This document shows, piece by piece, positions 16,765 to 19,159 of a DNA stretch of 19,159 nucleotides. The DNA is from Calditrichia bacterium (GTDB taxonomy: Bacteria > Calditrichota > Calditrichia > RBG-13-44-9), in assembly GCA_037381445.1 (NCBI GenBank), contig JARRQT010000178.1, positions 1 through 19,159 of the forward strand. Reading direction: 5' to 3'. How positions within the stretch are numbered: the stretch's first letter is position 1; the number at the start of each line of letters is the position of its first letter. A program made the translations under genes and the position numbers. The notes beneath the pieces are model-generated. The model did no database searches. It was not told the origin of the DNA and saw only the letters and a program-made list of their open reading frames with translations.

Positions 16765-16861
16765 GGATTCAATGTGAAGGAGCAAAAGAAAATCGCTGAC
16801 GCAATTGGGTTTTGGCGGATGAATCTGCGAGTGTCAGTCGCCAAACCGTAATATTCAAACA

Positions 16862-17350
16862 ATGCAAATAATCAATGATCTCAATAAATCCGGTGATGAG
16901 AATAACCTGCAAAAAGGGTGCTATCAGCTTTTTCTCAGGCTTAATCGGGAAGCCATATTAAGCGTCGGACGCTTTGGCGCGCGGGAATTTGCCGCAGGCG
17001 ATTATATTTATACCGGAAGTCATCAGCGGTCCCTTCTGAAGCGGATTCAGCGGCATCTGCGCCGGGATAAGAATATCCATTGGCACATCGATTACCTGAC
17101 GGCGAATCCTATTTTCGAAATCAGGCGAGTTCTTCTTTTTCCCGGGAGCCACGAAGAATGCCGTTTGCATCAGGCAGTCAGAAAATTCACCGGGGGCAAA
17201 GAGCCTATTCCAGGTTTCGGGAATGGCGACTGTCGGAATCATTGCAGAAGTCATCTGATTTATGCAGCCGACCTGACGGAAGAGACTTTTGTTCGCTGGT
17301 CGGAAAAGAACAATTGCCTCGTATACTATCCCGATGATTCCGGAAAATAA
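16862..17350 (+). CDS. DUF123 / Uri-superfamily GIY-YIG nuclease
   Basis: KGCYQL, YIYTGS, RIQRH, HWHIDYL, EC, GFGNGDCRNHCRSHL. Confidence 0.88.
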   Translation: MQIINDLNKSGDENNLQKGCYQLFLRLNREAILSVGRFGAREFAAGDYIYTGSHQRSLLKRIQRHLRRDKNIHWHIDYLTANPIFEIRRVLLFPGSHEECRLHQAVRKFTGGKEPIPGFGNGDCRNHCRSHLIYAADLTEETFVRWSEKNNCLVYYPDDSGK

Positions 17351-17490
17351 CGGGGCTGAAGAAGATGATAAAAATAGCATCCCGGAATCGAAGACAATCC
17401 GATTGACAAACTCTAAATAATTGTTTTCAATTTTGCCAGCCCCTGTTTCTCCATTATATTTAAAACCTGTTTTTTTGAAAAGGATTTTCT

Positions 17491-18297
17491 ATGCCTGAAC
17501 TTCCCGAAGTGGAAACCATCGCCAGACAGATTCGTGCCGCATATCTTGACCGACGGATCATCGAAGTTGAAGCTTCCCCTGCCATTATTTTCCAAAATAT
17601 ATCCGCAAACGAATTCGCAAAATCTCTGGCGGGCAAAATTATCAGATCCGTAAGCCGGTACGGAAAATTCCTCTACTGGCAGGCGGAGGATGTCTTCCCG
17701 GTTTTTCATCTGGGGATGTCCGGCGTTTTTATTCGTGACAGGCAGCTATCCTCCTACCCGCAGCATATTCACATCAGGTTCACTTTTGATGAGGGGCGGC
17801 ATCTCTATTTTCAGGATGTGCGGAAATTCAGCAAGATTTATCTCTATCACCAGCCGCCGGATTTTAGCGGGCTGGGAATCGATCCGACCAAAGAAAATTT
17901 TACTTTAATTAACTTCAGGAAATTATTAAATTTAAAAAAGATGAATATTAAATCTTTTTTAATGGATCAGAAAATTCTTGCCGGTATTGGGAACATCTAT
18001 GCGAGTGAAGCTTTGTTTGATGCTGGAATCAGTCCTTTCCGGCGGGCCAATGAACTGAGTAAAAGAGAATCGGAAAGGTTATATTTTTCCATTCTCAGGA
18101 TTTTGAATTCGGCGATCGATCGTTTTGGAACTACCTATACAGCCTATCGAACCGTGGATGGAACAAGCGGCGATAATCAGAATTTTTTGCAGGTCTATCA
18201 GCGGGCCGGACAGCCCTGTTACCGGTGTGGAAAAACGATCGAGAAAATTGTGCAGAACAGCCGTTCAACCTTTTTCTGTCCCCATTGCCAGAGATGA
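17491..18297 (+). CDS. mutM: Formamidopyrimidine-DNA glycosylase
   Basis: N-terminal PELPEVET, GKFL, HLGMSG, DVRKF, LMDQKILAGIGNIYASEALF, zinc finger CYRC...CPHCQ. Confidence 0.97.
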   Translation: MPELPEVETIARQIRAAYLDRRIIEVEASPAIIFQNISANEFAKSLAGKIIRSVSRYGKFLYWQAEDVFPVFHLGMSGVFIRDRQLSSYPQHIHIRFTFDEGRHLYFQDVRKFSKIYLYHQPPDFSGLGIDPTKENFTLINFRKLLNLKKMNIKSFLMDQKILAGIGNIYASEALFDAGISPFRRANELSKRESERLYFSILRILNSAIDRFGTTYTAYRTVDGTSGDNQNFLQVYQRAGQPCYRCGKTIEKIVQNSRSTFFCPHCQR

Positions 18298-19091
18298 ATA
18301 TGAAAAGCGGAAAACCGATTATCACATTATTGACCGATTTTGGAACCGAGGACGGGTATGTCGGCGCGATGAAGGGCGTTATTTTGAGCGGCGTTCCGGA
18401 TGCCACCATTGTGGACATTTCCCATAACATTGAACCTTATAATGTCCGGCAGGCTGCCTATACGCTTCTGAATTATGCTCACCTTTTTCCCGGGGACACG
18501 ATCCACCTAATTGTTGTGGATCCCGGTGTAGGCACCGGGCGCAAGGGACTGGTGGTTCAAATGGGCGATTATTTTTTTATCGCGCCCGATAACGGTGTTT
18601 TCAGTTTTATCACCAGAGAGCATTCTTTCCGCGCTTGGGAAATCGATGAAAAATTGTTTGGGATTAAAATAAGTTCGACATTCCACGGAAGGGACATTTT
18701 TGCTCCGGCAGCAGTGCGGATTGCCAATGGCGAAAATCCCTCGGATTTCGGAAAAAAGGTTTCCGAAATTGTTTCCTTTTATGAGCCATTCCAGTTGCTT
18801 TCGCCCGGCGAGTGCCTGCTGAAAATTTTGCATGTGGATCACTTCGGGAATCTGATTCTTAATTTTTCCAAGGGTGATCTACAGAAGCTTGGCGATCCCC
18901 AGAATATCAAAATCCGCCTGAAACAAGGCTTTTTATATGGCATTAAAAATACTTTTGGCGAGGCCGGCAAGGGACAGCTGCTCGCGTTGTGGGACAGCAT
19001 CGGATTCCTGCAGATCTCGCAGAACCAGGGCAATGCCGCCGCAGCGCTGAATCTGGGAGTGGGGGATCAGGTTATCCTGAAATACAGTTGA
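18294..19091 (+). CDS. SAM hydroxide adenosyltransferase (DUF62; chlorinase/fluorinase superfamily)
   Basis: ITLLTDFG, VVDPGVGTGR, APDNG, STFHGRDIFAP, VDHFGNL. ATG at 18294 overlaps the mutM TGA (ATGA). Confidence 0.93.
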   Translation: MNMKSGKPIITLLTDFGTEDGYVGAMKGVILSGVPDATIVDISHNIEPYNVRQAAYTLLNYAHLFPGDTIHLIVVDPGVGTGRKGLVVQMGDYFFIAPDNGVFSFITREHSFRAWEIDEKLFGIKISSTFHGRDIFAPAAVRIANGENPSDFGKKVSEIVSFYEPFQLLSPGECLLKILHVDHFGNLILNFSKGDLQKLGDPQNIKIRLKQGFLYGIKNTFGEAGKGQLLALWDSIGFLQISQNQGNAAAALNLGVGDQVILKYS

Positions 19092-19159
19092 AATTAAAAT
19101 AAACCAGGGGATCAAAACATGTTTCCCTTATAATTATCATGTTGTTTATTTTGGGAAGG

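Noticed and set aside
18294..19091. Possible fluorinase or chlorinase (halogenase)
   Set aside because: It has the Asp (VDPG), Arg and His (TFHGRD) triad of DUF62 hydroxide adenosyltransferases; characterised halogenases have Tyr (TFY) at the His position.
19088..19159. Signal-peptide-like frame KHVSLIIIMLFILGR at the right edge
   Set aside because: Preceded by an in-frame TAA and truncated by the window edge; cannot be supported.
1..19159. CRISPR arrays, transposases, prophage or defence systems
   Set aside because: No regularly spaced repeats and no integrase, transposase, cas or phage motifs were seen; the remaining short track ORFs are overlapping shadows of well-supported genes.

Overview
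Bacterial chromosomal region, mostly housekeeping and almost entirely + strand. The gene order rpsF-rpsR-rplI without ssb and the protein styles suggest an FCB-group organism such as Calditrichota (inference). In order: a partial divergent PAS-domain sensor gene that is missing from the ORF track; an orphan DppC-type permease with an abnormal 5' end; an envelope module (LPG-synthase-TM flippase-like protein, GT2, NodB deacetylase broken by an internal deletion); a sigma-54 activator with a pseudo-receiver domain and GAFTNA motif; ispE-tRNA-Gln-rplY-pth with no prs; a K+-dependent membrane pyrophosphatase; rpsF-rpsR-rplI with an S6:S18 leader RNA; a degraded NIPSNAP-like gene; tRNA-Lys; an orphan ArsR with its likely operator; and a DNA-repair-flavoured block (priA, a signal-peptide protein carrying a C-terminal BlaI-like winged helix, DUF123 GIY-YIG nuclease, mutM, DUF62 SAM hydrolase). 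No CRISPR array, integrase or transposase was seen. The best novelty candidate is the apparently membrane-tethered BlaI-like protein at 15904-16764. All family assignments come from recognising motifs by eye; no database searches were run.
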